From positions 24,264-88,263 of the forward strand of contig NIVC01002397.1 of NCBI GenBank assembly GCA_002269645.1: 64,000 bases of DNA. Direction: 5' to 3'. Positions 1 to 24,843 of this stretch are shown here, piece by piece; the stretch's first letter is position 1; every line of letters begins with the position of its first letter. This DNA comes from Macrostomum lignano (lineage: Eukaryota). The position numbers were made by a program, and so were the translations under genes. The notes under the pieces were generated by a model, which had not been told where the DNA came from, ran no database searches, and saw nothing but the letters and a program-made list of their open reading frames with translations.

Positions 1-178
1 ATACTACTTGTTTTGGCGCTTGATTATTGTCGTTGGCTATTTGCATTTTATTTTTTATTTTCAATGGTTTCTTTATTCCTATAATTAATATATTCTTGCT
101 CGAGAATTTATTTAATGATGGATGGCAGGAATTATATTATTTTGATTAATGAAATAATTATCATTTAAGGATTTATAG

Positions 179-180
<2 letters not shown>

Positions 181-220
<40 letters not shown>
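181..220. repeat. (AT)n microsatellite
   Basis: 20 perfect AT units. Confidence 0.97.
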
Positions 221-222
<2 letters not shown>

Positions 223-1214
223 TATTTGTTTTTGTTTTTGTAGTTTTCATCTTTGAGCCTAGAGAGCAAGAGAGTGAAATCGGAATTATTAGTTTGAAAA
301 GGATTTTTTATTATTTTTCTCTGCTGTATATTTTATATAAATACTAGCTATGACTTGTTTTTTTCTAGACCTGCGCCCCTTTGAGAATTTTTATAGTTAT
401 AAATCATTATAATCCATGGTTTCTCTCTATCTGAGAATGACCAAAATAATCTTAAGATTTCTCTTTTAGTGGGCACTATATTTTATCATTGTCAACGAAC
501 TTTGTTTTTTACTTTTTTATTATACAGAAATAAATATTCAAAAACCGATTCTGTACAGTTCTTGTCTATAAACATATTGTGTGCGCAATGTTCAGGGTGT
601 CCTCTACAACTTGCTTGTGTAAAAAATGTTCTTTTTCCTCAATGCAATGTAACTCTCTTCATTAGGCCTTTTTTATAAAACAATATTTTAATGTACTTTT
701 GCAATGTAACAATTTGTAACTGTGTAATATAGTGTGAGTTATAATGTACTAATAAAACAGTTTAACTAATATAATGGATAATTTATGTCTGCGAAAAAAG
801 CCTGTCTAATAAATTATAATTTGTTAATAAATATATCTCTGTAACTTTGTCTATTATTAGTGAAATCCCGTACTATTAAGATTGTGAATCAATTTATATA
901 TATGCATATGCATTGATACAAACTATGAATAAAGTATACTTCAGTTGTTATATAGTCACGACTTGTCCAGCTTTTGTCTTGTGCTTCGCGTTATGCCCTA
1001 TGATGCGGTTCATTGCACACTATGTCAGTGTTTTCATTTCATTCATATTACTTATAGGCAACAGTTTAGTATCTAGGTCCTGTAAATTCTAGTTATATAG
1101 ATGTTGTCACAGATTTCAGTACTTCTCGAATAAATACCAAATTTTCAAAAAATCATCACATCATCACTGAGCATCCGTGTTGCTCAATAATGTAATAATT
1201 AAAAAGCACTGTTA

Positions 1215-1670
1215 ATCATCAAATCATCAATAATCGTTGCAACAATCGTAAAGTTATCAATAATCATTGCAGCAATCATTAAATCATCGATTATAATTTC
1301 AGCAATCATCAAATCATCAATAATCATTGCAGCAATCATCAAATCATCAATCATCGTTGCAGATATCATCAACTTATCAATAATCATTGCAGCAATCATC
1401 AAATCATCAATAATCATTGCAGCAATCATCAAATCATCAATCATCGTTGCAGATATCATCAACTTATCAATAATCATTGCAGCAATCATCAAATCATCAA
1501 TAATCATTGCAGCAATCATCAAATCATCAATAATCATTGCAGCAATCATTAAATCATCGATTATAATTTCAGCAATCATCAAATCATCAATAATCATTGC
1601 AGCAATCATCAAATCATCGATAATCATTGCAGCAATCATGATAATCTATTATCGAATCATCAATAATAAT
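1215..1670. repeat. 30-bp tandem repeat (TAATCATTGCAGCAATCATCAAATCATCAA), ~15 copies
   Basis: Directly visible periodicity; it produces the spurious (MIAAMIIDDL)n ORF on -. Confidence 0.93.
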
Positions 1671-1901
1671 CATTATTCATAATCACACAGTTGTAAAATT
1701 AGCAGGCAGTCAGACTAGCATTTAATTGAACTATCTCGGAAATATAATATCAGTTTTATATTTCAATTTTCATTTTGGATATTTCAGCCTTTTAAAAACC
1801 AAAGCTATTAAAGCTACACCATAGCAACATTAGCCAAGCTGTTGCGGCCCCAGTTAACAGCAAAATTTCTTAGCCGTAGCTTTGTCTCGGCTACTCGGCT
1901 G

Positions 1902-4900
1902 ATGACAGCACAGCCATCGCCACCAATAGTGATTGTTGCTGGGCCTACAGGCGTTGGCAAATCTTTATTAGCTATTGAATTGGCTAAAAAATTCAATGGG
2001 GAAGTGCTGAATGCCGACTCTATGCAGCTGTATAGTGGCTTGGATATTGTTACTAATAAGGTTTGTCATATACTACTGTTGCGTGTGCAATTACTACTGA
2101 ATATTCATTTACTATTTTTTCGTGAAATACTATTGAACTTTGGCTTGTTAACAATCTCCCATGTAGCTTTGGTTTCTTTAGTTTCTTAGAAATCCCTAGA
2201 TTGAGTCTCGGTTTCTTAGAAATTCCCACGTTTAGTCTCGGTTTCTTAGAAAATCCCACGTTTAGTCTTGGTTTCTTAGAAATTCCCCACATTGAGTCTT
2301 GGTTTCTTAGAAATTCCCCACATTGAGTCTTGGTTTCTTAGAAATTCCCCACATTGAGTCTTGGTTTCTTAGAAATTCCCAACATTGAGTCTTGGTTTCT
2401 TAGAAATTCCCCACATTGAGTCTTGGTTTCTTAGAAATTCCCCACATTGAGTCTTGGTTTCTTAGAAATTCCTCACATTGAGTCTTGGTTTCTTAGAAAT
2501 TCCTCACATTGAGTCTTGGTTTCTTAGAAATTCCCCACATTGAGTCTTGGTTTCTTAGAAATTCCCCACATTGAGTCTTGGTTTCTTAGAAATTCCCCAC
2601 ATTGAGTCTCGGTTTCTTAGAAAATCCCACGTTTAGTCTTGGTTTCTTAGAAATTCCCCACATTGAGTCTTGGTTTCTTAGAAATTCCCCACATTGAGTC
2701 TTGGTTTCTTAGAAATTCCCAACATTGAGTCTTGGTTTCTTAGAAATTCCCCACATTGAGTCTTGGTTTCTTAGAAATTCCCCACATTGAGTCTTGGTTT
2801 CTTAGAAATTCCCCATATTGAGTCTTGGTTTCTTAAAAAAATCCTAGATTAGATTTGGTTTCTTAGAAATTTCCCACATTGAAATTCCAGAAATTCCCGC
2901 AACTTCCACATTGAGTATTGGTTTCTTAATAGCCCCGCTTGTACAGTAGCTTAGACTTCTGTATCGACCTAAAATAGTTTAATTTTGCCTTTTCCACTTT
3001 GAATTCACAGGTTACATCGGAAGAGCTGTCCCAAGCGCCTCATCATTTAATTGGTTGTTTATCGCCCCTAACAACAGACAGCACTGTTGGCGCCTATAGA
3101 CAGCTTGCTCAGCCTCTGTTAGATCGTTTGCTCAAGGAGAATCGCCTGCCAATAATTTGCGGCGGCACCTGTTACTATATAGAAGCATTGCTTTGGAATA
3201 TTCTCCTAGAAGACGGAGGCAATTTTACTAATGACGTTGATGATATTGAGTCTGAATTGAGGTAATATTTTATTTATTGCTAACGACTGTTTAAACTTAT
3301 TGAGATGACACATTTTAGTGACCGAGTGATGCATTGACACTTAAGGTGAATAGGGTGATACTTTGTAGTGACACTTTGAAGTGACCGTGAGTGACAAGTT
3401 ATAGTGACGTGAGGGTGACAATTCAAAAAGACGTGAGTGACATTTCAAAGAGACATGAGTGACACCCCAAAGTGACGTGAGTGACACTTCAAAGTGACGT
3501 GAGTGACACTCCAAATAGACGTGAGTGACACTTCGAAGTGACGGAGTGACACTAGATTGATTCAGTGGCAACTTCACAACTGAAAACTTAAACATGAGCA
3601 AATTTCTGCCAACAAATCAATCCATTTTTAGGGACGATCCTGCTCAAAAATCCGATCCCCAGGAGTTGCACAATCGGCTGAGAGCTGTGGATCCCGAAGC
3701 TGCAATTCGGTTGCATCCCAACGATCGACGCAAAGTAGCTCGAGCTCTGCAGGTGAATCTGCGTCGTGGCGACGGGGCTTATAGCTCTATGCTTCGGGAG
3801 CAGCACCGGGTGAGTTGGACAGCAAATAGAATGAAATCTAATAGGTTGTTGCTTGAGAGTGACAGAGTGACGGGGTGACAGTTCAGAGTGATAGTTTGAC
3901 AGTTTAGAGTGACAGTGTGACAGTTTAGAGTGACACGGTGACAGTTAAGAGTGACAGGGTGACTGTTTATAGTGACAGTGTGACGGTTTAGAGTAACACG
4001 GTGACAGTTAAAAGTGACAGGGTGACTGTTTATACTGACAGGGTGACAGTTTAGTGATAGAGTGACACTTTAGAGTGACAGGGTGACAGTTTATAATGAC
4101 AGGGTGACACTTTAGAGTGACGGTGTGACAGTTTAGAGTGACGGTGTGACAGTTTAGATTGACGGTGTGACAGTTTAGAGTGACAGGGTGACAGTTTAGA
4201 TTAACGGTGTGACACTTTAGAGTGACAGGGTAGCAGTTTAAAGTGACAATAGAGTGACAGGGTAGCAGTTTAAAGTGACAATAGAGTGACAAGGTAGCAG
4301 TTTAAAGTGACAATCGAGTGACAGGGTAGCAGTTTCAAGTGACAATAGAGTGACAGGGTAGCAGTTTCAAGTGACAATAGAGTGACAGGGTAGCAGTTTC
4401 AAGTGATTAGAATGATTATTTTTGAACAATATTCATTATCGCCATTTAACTGATAGCAGACGTTATTAACTGTTAGTAATCGGCCTAGCTAATGATTGAC
4501 TCGTTTCAATCTTTAATTGAAACCCATCATCATCGCCATCATTTCCACCAGCTGGGCGATCATTTCTCTGGCCCGTTGCGCTATCCGCCTGACCGCCTGG
4601 CCATTCTGTGGCTCGCCTGCCGCCGCGACCATCTAGAACGCCGTCTAGACTGTCGGGTTGATAAAATGATCCAATCGGGCCTGTTAGCGGAGCTGGAAGC
4701 ATTCCACTCGGAGTTCAATGCTAGTAGAGTCGGTGCAGGCGCTAGTAAAGACTATACTAGAGGCATATTTCAGAGCATCGGATTTAAGGAGTTTCATTCT
4801 TACCTGCTAATGTCGCCAGAGCAGCGCGATAGCGCCGAAGGCCAATTAGCTCTCAAATCTGGTATTGAACTGATGAAACAGCGCACTAAACGATACGCAG

Positions 4901-5433
4901 TGCAACAGGAGAAATGGTTGCGCAACAGATTCCTGCGTCATTCCGACGATAATTACGCGCCAGTGTATCTGTTGAATGCCGATAGTTTAGTTGAATCGGA
5001 CTGGACTACCGGAGTACGTCAGCCCGCCTTTGAAATTGTTGAAGCTCTGCTAAAATCAGATCAAAATATTCTACTCAAGCATTCGACTCGATTAGCAACA
5101 GAACCGCGCGGGCTAGTGGGTTCTTCAAGTAGCCTTGATGACAGTGAATCCGATAGTGTAAGGATTGGTAGAAGCTTAGAGCTGCGTTGCGACCACTGCG
5201 GCGTCACTTTTGCTCAACGGGATCAGTACAAGGAGCATATGAGCAGTAGGAGACACGCCAAACGGATGGCCGGTTTAAGAAGATTGGCCGCTAGAATTGC
5301 TGCTGGTCATTCCGACCCGAATGCCGTTGTGGTTATCGACCGGAATGCTGAGGCTGCTGATGGTAGCGAAGAATCAGCAGTTGACAATAATAATGACTCA
5401 GGGCGTTCTTCTTCGCGGGCTGTTACTGGATGA
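1902..5433 (+). CDS. TRIT1: tRNA dimethylallyltransferase (TRIT1/MOD5/MiaA family); exons 1902-2060, 3011-3261, 3632-3809, 4552-5433
   Basis: P-loop [66 protein letters not shown], and a C-terminal C2H2 finger (CDHC...H.SSRRH) typical of eukaryotic members. GT-AG introns are phase-compatible (0, 2, 0). Confidence 0.95.
2165..2930. repeat. 31-bp tandem repeat (GAAATTCCCCACATTGAGTCTTGGTTTCTTA) in TRIT1 intron 1, ~24 copies
   Basis: Direct periodicity. Confidence 0.95.
3310..3555. repeat. Degenerate GTGAC-based minisatellite in TRIT1 intron 2
   Basis: Recurring GTGAGTGACA / AAGTGAC units at ~20-bp spacing. Confidence 0.7.
3858..4405. repeat. ~21-bp tandem repeat (GTGACAGTTTAGAGTGACAGG) in TRIT1 intron 3
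   Basis: Direct periodicity. Confidence 0.9.
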
Positions 5434-5504
5434 ATAGTAAATTGACTGACTTTCAAGCATAGTTGAGTTTGTTTTGTCTAATTCATGTTAATCATGTCAA
5501 AGTT

Positions 5505-7385
5505 GACCCATCTAGTTCCAAGTGCCAGCTAATTAAGTTGTTGACCAATTTAGCTCCAAGTGCCAGCTAATTGAGTTGTTGACCCATTTAGCTCCAAGTG
5601 CCAGCTAGTTGAGTTGTTGACCCATTTAGCTAATTTTGTTGTTGACCCATTTAGCTCCAAGTGCCGGCTAGTTGAGTTGTTGACCCATTTAGCTCCAAGT
5701 GCCAGCTAGTTGAGTTGTTGACCCATCTAGCTCCAAGTGCCAGCTAATTGAGTTGTTGACCCATTTGGCTCCAAGTGCCAGCTAGTTGAGTTGTTGACCC
5801 ATCTAGCTCCAAGTGCCAGCTAGTTGAGTTGTTGACCCATCTAGCTCCAAGTGCCAGCTAGTTGAGTTGTTGACCCATTTGGCTCCAAGTGCCAGCTAGT
5901 TGAGTTGTTGACCCATCTAGCTCCAAGTGCCAGCTAGTTGAGTTGTTGACCCATCTAGCTCCAAGTGCCAGCTAGTTGAGTTGTTGACCCATCTAGCTCC
6001 AAGTGCCAGCTACTTGAGTTGTTGACCCATTTGGCTCCAAGTGCCAGCTAATTGAGTTGTTGACCCATTTGGCTCCAAGTGCCAGCTAATTGAGTTGTTG
6101 ACCAATTTAGCTCCAAGTGCCAGCTAGTTGAGTTGTTGACCCATCTAGCTCCAAAAGCCAGCTAGTTGAGTTGTTGACCCATCTAGCTCCAAGTGCCAGC
6201 TAGTTGAGTTGTTGACTCATCTAGCTCCAAGTGCCAGCTAGTTGAGTTGTTGACCCATTTGGCTAATTTTGTTGTTGACCCATTTAGCTCCAAGTGCCGG
6301 CTAGTTGAGTTGTTGACCCATTTAGCTCCAAGTGCCAGCTAGTTGAGTTGTTGACCCATCTAGCTCCAAGTGCCAGCTAGTTGAGTTGTTGACTCATCTA
6401 GCTCCAAGTGCCAGCTAGTTGATTTGTTGACCCATTTGGCTCCAAGTGCCAGCTAATTGAGTTGTTGACCCATCTAGCTCCAAGTGCCAGCTAATTGAGT
6501 TGTTGACCCATTTAGCTCCAAGTGCCAGCTAGTTGAGTTGTTGACCCATCTAGCTCCAAGTGCCAGCTAGTTGAGTTGTTGACCCATCTAGCTCCAAGTG
6601 CCAGCTAGTTGAGTTGTTGACTCATCTAGCTCCAAGTGCCAGCTAGTTGAGTTGTTGACCCATTTGGCTCCAAGTGCCAGCTAATTGAGTTGTTGACCCA
6701 TTTGGCTCCAAGTGCCAGCTAATTGAGTTGTTGACCCATTTAGCTCCAAGTGCCAGCTAGTTGAGTTGTTGACCCATCTAGCTCCAAGTGCCAGCTAGTT
6801 GAGTTGTTGACCCATCTAGCTCCAAGTGCCAGCTAGTTGAGTTGTTGACTCATCTAGCTCCAAGTGCCAGCTAGTTGAGTTGTTGACCCATTTGGCTCCA
6901 AGTGCCAGCTAATTGAGTTGTTGACCCATCTAGCTCCAAGTTCCAGCTAATTGAGTTGTTGACCCATCTAGCTCCAAGTTCCAGCTAATTGAGTTGTTGT
7001 CCCATCTAGCTCCAAGTTCCAGCTAGTTGAGTTGTTGACCCATCTAGCTCCAAGTTCCAGCTAATTGAGTTGTTGACCCATCTAGCTCCAAGTTCCAGCT
7101 AGTTGAGTTGTTGACCCATCTAGCTCCAAGTTCCAGCTAATTGAGTTGTTGACCCATCTAGCTCCAAGTTCCAGCTAGTTGAGTTGTTGACCCATCTAGC
7201 TCCAAGTTCCAGCTAGTTGAGTTGTTGACCCATTTAGCTCCAAGTTCCAGCTAGTTGAGTTGTTGACCCATCTAGCTCCAAGGGCCAGCTAATTGAGTTG
7301 TTGACTCATCTAGCTCCAAGTTCCAGCTAGTTGAGTTGTTGACCCGTCTAGCTCCAAGCGCCAGCTAATTAAAGTTGTTGATCCA
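5505..7385. repeat. 38-bp tandem repeat (TAGTTGAGTTGTTGACCCATCTAGCTCCAAGTGCCAGC), ~49 copies, between TRIT1 and pecanex
   Basis: Direct periodicity. Confidence 0.97.
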
Positions 7386-7746
7386 TGATCTTCAATATCG
7401 TTGCTCATTCATTACAGGATCGGCCATTCTCACGGCCATTTATGTTAGATTAAATATGCATTTTAATTGTTATATTGTTAAATAAAATGACTAACTAAAT
7501 GAAGTGATTTATTTCACCCTTTCTTAATGTACGTTTGTCTGCGTTTTTGTCATTTTTAGTTGATTGAATAAAGTTTGAAGAATTTGCCAAAACGTATATC
7601 TAGTATCTATCTTATCATTTGTTCATGTTCGACTTATTGGTTGGCCAACAAACAACTGGGTTGTTGGCTAAGCAAGCCATCAAAAAATAGTCTGCTGTAA
7701 GGGTAGCAGAGAGAGAACCAGAAAGATCAGGCCTAACTGCTTAGCC

Positions 7747-19877
<12,131 letters not shown>

Positions 19878-21699
19878 GAACGCATGGTTACTCCATTACT
19901 GGTAATATTTGTAAACAGGCTGGTTATTATCGATTTTGACTTATCTAAACGAGACTTTAGACCAGCAAAAATGAGTTACGCCATTATGTTGCATAGACAC
20001 CTATCAGACACAAATATTGAACATATTTTAATCCGGATTCTGCACGATGAGCATGCGGAGTCTTAGGCTGCTGGTGTAAAGTTTCATTTAGAATGTTAAA
20101 ATCGATATATTCAACTTTTAGTTGACTTGTGTTTTCCATGATATATCAACATTTTTGCTTTTACGTTTTATTAAATCTGGGCTGAAAAAAAACTTAATTA
20201 ACGGTAGCTGTGTTGTTTGCACCAAGTACTCCTAATCCCTTTTTATAGCGATTAAGTTAATTTATTAACATTTAATAAATCTTGCTACTCAAGGCTCTGC
20301 TACTGCTGCTTCTTGTGTCTTTCTATAAATATCCCCTAACAGTGCATTGTCTGATCGAACGCTTAATCAAGTCGATGTGACTATATTTTTTTAACATCTG
20401 ACTCAATATATTTGTCTTTCTTCCGTCTGCTTGTTATAATGCTTCTCTCGCACTCGCTCACACACAAACAAAGACACAATTTGTCTTTATTTACTGTTCT
20501 TAGACATGGAGCAACAACTTAACCTGACGCTTACAAACTTGCGAATAATTTAAAGTGTTTAGTGTTCTGTTACTGGCTACTGAGCTTGTTTATATATTCC
20601 ATTGTTACCCTGTAATATAAACTAATTATTGTCGGATTTGTGTTGCCGTTTGTTTAATTCTTTCTAAACGTCTACTCTGTTGAATGTTTCTATCGACTGT
20701 AAAAAAATTTGAAAACAATTGATAAGAAATCAATACAAAGATGAACTGCGAGCCTATCAATATTTGTTTAATTGACTTGCCTCTATCAAGTAATAATGAA
20801 CTTCAATATCATTAATTGTCTTTCAGAGTTGATTAACTTTAAGAATTGGGATTCCGTCTATTTGAGACTAATTACCACACGAAAGCAGATAGCCCAATGC
20901 TTCGTTCCCCCACCCCACCTTGTGACCGGTTGTGGAAATCAATAATTTTGCTTCAGTGCGCTAAAATATAGTGCCTGCATCGCCAAAATGAGCGCTGACA
21001 ACACCGATTCTAAAAATAATGTACATGTAGGCATTTAGTCATGTACGTGTAAAATATTTGACTTTGTCCCGTCATCATAAAATCTATGGCGACGCCTCGA
21101 ATAAAACCATGTGTGACTCATCCAGTTAGTCCCAAAATCTCAAACCGCTAATTGACAAGCAATTTTGTACTTTCTGACCCAATGTCCAATGCAGCACGAA
21201 AGAGGGTTTGCTTCCTGATCTCGGCAGTTTAACTGATGACGTACTGATGCAAACAGAAAGTGAGTCGCCGCTGGTGCCTTCCACTGTAAAAAAACTGCTG
21301 ATTCCAAACACTAACAAAAGAAGACGTTCAGCGAGAGATCCATAAGTGGTAGCTCTGATCCTTGCTAGCGACGTCAGGCCGACGCTTCCGAAGTCGCTGA
21401 CAAATGTACTTTTACATTGCATCGACTGATAACGACGTCATGCATCGGCTGAACGTCGCGTGAAACGTCACCCGACGTGGCTGACGTCGGATTGCAAAAT
21501 ACAGGAAATCTTTTGAGACAGAGGTATGACGAAAAACACGTCTTACGGGATACAGACGGTGATCCATCTCTAACGGTTTTTATAATAGCTGTTGTTGCCG
21601 GGGGATCCGTCGACTGGATAGGCTGTCAAAGCAGAAGCTGTGGATTGAAGCCAATGTCGACACCGTCTACTTCAATTATTTTTTCTGGCTAAATTGCTA

Positions 21700-22345
21700 T
21701 TTTGACGTTTTAAACTTCGGGTTGACGGGTACGCACCTGTGATGGCGCGGCAGAGGCTGCCCTGCAGCTGGTAAAGACGCTCACGGGTGGTCTTCTGCTC
21801 CAGCGCGCTAGACCAGATGGGACTCGCGTACGTGATGCTGGGCCGGATGATGCAGGTATAAATCCAACGGACCGTTCTTGGCGAGAGGCCCCAGGTCGGC
21901 CCGATGGCGTTTTCAAGGTGCTTCGTCCAGCGCAGGTCATGCGTTAGCGTCACACCGAGATATTTGACCTCCTTCTTGAAGGGGATGTTCCTGCCATAGA
22001 CAGTGAGGTTTTGCATCTCCCACGCACGGCGCTTGGTGAAGACGACAGCAACGGTCTCACTGGATCATAAAATAAATCCAGCGGACAATGCTGTGTCTCA
22101 TTCCTGCAGGAAAGGGAGTTTCTGAAGGAGCGGAATAGAACATTGTCAAAGGCTCCTTCGAAGTCTACAAACATCCCGCAAGCGAGTTGTTTGCTAAGGA
22201 TGGCACTCTCGAACTTGAAGGTAACGGCATGGAGAGCGTGCTCAGTCGCGTCTTCCCAGGCTGGAAGGCGTACTGGTACTTACTGACGGGGGCGTAGCAC
22301 AGGTCGCACTCTCGGAGCCTCCACAGGATGAGCCTCTCCATCAGC
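21700..22345 (-). mobile_element. Internally deleted non-LTR retrotransposon reverse transcriptase fragment (LOA/R1-like)
   Basis: KLMERL..., QYAFQPGK, FVDFEGAFDNV, then a jump to [45 protein letters not shown]. The YADD core is missing and there are frameshifts. Confidence 0.85.
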
Positions 22346-22465
22346 TTAACGTTAGAACTAACTGTGGGTGTGACAGTTTTTTTTAGGTGTAACTAATTTC
22401 TGAAAGAGTCTTAGACAATGAAGTCTATAAAACTGACGTTAATATATTATCGATCTCTTTCGAAT

Positions 22466-22857
22466 TTAAGTTGTAGCATTCAAAGTACTAAGACTCACAG
22501 TGTAGCAGATTTTGTAGATCGAGTTTTTGAAATATCCACTGCACAGCTGGGATGACTTACCAGAGCAGGCAGAGCTGCACTGACTCTCGGGAGCGGCTCC
22601 GATCGAGCGAGCCGTAGGCGGAACCACAGCTGCAGTACCTTCAGGCTTGAGCACCGAAGTAAATGTATAGCGGAACCGACCGTAGGCGCAGATTTGGCTG
22701 CTAAGCTCCAGTTAAGTCTGCTTCTAGTATTGCTGTCTTTGTAGCAACCGACGAAGCGAAATTTCAGAGGTTGTGGGGGTACGATAGCCTCAGTGGTTGT
22801 CCACGTCCACAGAAGCAGAAAGCTAGTGATGAGGCTCTTCAGAAGCATGGTTTTCAT
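22466..22857 (-). pseudogene. Secreted WSC-domain protein, frameshifted (pseudogene or assembly errors)
   Basis: Signal peptide (MKTMLLKSLITSFLLLWTW..TEA), then FVGCYKD, YIYFGAQA*RYCSCG and QCSSACSGKSSQLCSG, spread over three frames. This matches the WSC cysteine pattern. Confidence 0.65.
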
Positions 22858-23796
22858 GCTGATAAAAAAAACTATTGGGGCAGACAAACACCCCTGAATT
22901 TCACTTCTTCTTCTGAGTGGAAAGGCAGCTTTTTATCACCTTAAACCACCTGTTTCTTTCTATCCTAATGTGAGAATTTTTGTCGAAATAAGCAGACACT
23001 TCCAAGCCTTAGTGTATTAGAGCAGCTGTGCGGTGGAGCCTACAAAAATTCAATCTACGAAATCAGCTACCAACCAGGTAAGACAATAGGTGAAATGTGT
23101 AACCTGTTTTGTGTGTTTCTCAAATTTTAATTAAGTGATTACACAGAGCGGAGCCACTTTTAACTGTGGGGATGTGTACTTTAGAGTCAAAATGGAGCCT
23201 GAAGCATTGGGTCCCGATTTCTCTACGCGACTACGGGAATGCGGCAGGGTCGGCGCCATCAATTGTCGGGAGACAAACCTTCAAAAGGACAGTGGAGCGG
23301 CCGGATCGCGATCACTCGTAGCGGACGACGACGCTGATCTCGGGGCAGGATGGATATTAGCGATGAGCTGTTGAAAGTGCCCAGTTTGACTTTCTGTACA
23401 GGCCATGACATTCAAAGAAGTCCATCATGTATTACCAAGTGACAAGACTGTTAAGAAACTCCTCTTTTAAGAAAATAGCATTTAGGCAGTTTGGCTCCTC
23501 CAATTGATTTCTTAGATAACACAGATTTACGAAGCGTTCTTCGCAGGCCACACTGCTCTGATGACTGCACTGACATCTGTCCAAGGACCACTAGGAACAC
23601 ATCGTTACCCTAGTCTAGTAGTCCTTGCATCTGTTATGTTCGGAGAATAATCTTAATCCAAAAATCAATCGTCCGAGGAATTTGATGAGATCGGTCGTCG
23701 TTTTAGACTCCACAACGAATCGTAAAAAATCTGCTTATAGAGCTAAGATATTTGATTCAATATAATGTATTTTTCAACCGTGCAGTCTTTATCGCG

Positions 23797-24404
23797 AGAC
23801 ATTTAAATATAGACAGACATTTAAATATAGACAGACATTTAAATATAGACAGACATTTAAATATAGACAGACATTTAAATATAGACAGACATTTAAATAT
23901 AGACAGACATTTAAATATAGACAGACATTTAAATATAGACAGACATTTTAAATATAGACAGACATTTAAATATAGACAGACATTTAAATATAGACAGACA
24001 TTTAAATATAGACAGACATTTAAATATAGACAGACATTTAAATATAGACAGACATTTAAATATAGACAGACATTTAAATATAGACAGACATTTAAATATA
24101 GACAGACATTTAAATATAGACAGACATTTAAATATAGACAGACATTTAAATATAGACAGACATTTAAATATAGACAGACATTTAAATATAGACAGACATT
24201 TAAATATAGACAGACATTTAAATATAGACAGACATTTAAATATAGACAGACATTTAAATATAGACAGACATTTAAATATAGACAGACATTTAAATATAGA
24301 CAGACATTTAAATATAGACAGACATTTAAATATAGACAGACATTTAAATATAGACAGACATTTAAATATAGACAGACATTTAAATATAGACAGACATTTA
24401 AATA
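23797..24404. repeat. Near-perfect 18-bp tandem repeat (AGACATTTAAATATAGAC), ~34 copies
   Basis: Identical units apart from a 1-bp T insertion near 23946. Confidence 0.97.
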
Positions 24405-24843
24405 TCGAGTCGTGGTAAAAAATCGATTCACTCTAATCTATCATGTACTGTACGAGCGTTTAGTGTACGTAATATATAGTACGTAGTACCAAATATATAG
24501 ACGATTTCAGTAACAATCAGACGAATATAGATCAATAGCTGCACTAAGAAGCCAAAATATTACAAGTCCGAAGTATCAATTCTGAATACCCCGGTTCCAA
24601 TGAGTGTCCTGTGTTCATGTATATATTCATATGACAATGAACAAAACAATATAAAATATGGCTAAGCTGCTATAGACAGCACAAAAAAATCTGGAAATTG
24701 GGAATTTACGAGCGTTTGTATAAATAATAGGCGTGATGATTTTTTGTATAGCAAACCTTTAATCAGTAGTGTAAGTGTGGATTATCTATAATTTTTAAGT
24801 TGAGTTTGTTTACTGGCGATAGTTAAAAACAATTTCAATTTGG

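Noticed and set aside
1199-1639. 146-aa (MIAAMIIDDL)n ORF
   Set aside because: It coincides exactly with a 30-bp tandem repeat, and there is no other coding evidence.
23752-24486. CRISPR-like array, or the RHLNID/YRQTFK repeat protein
   Set aside because: The units are head-to-tail with no unique spacers, there are no cas genes, and the DNA is eukaryotic. The ORFs are repeat artefacts.
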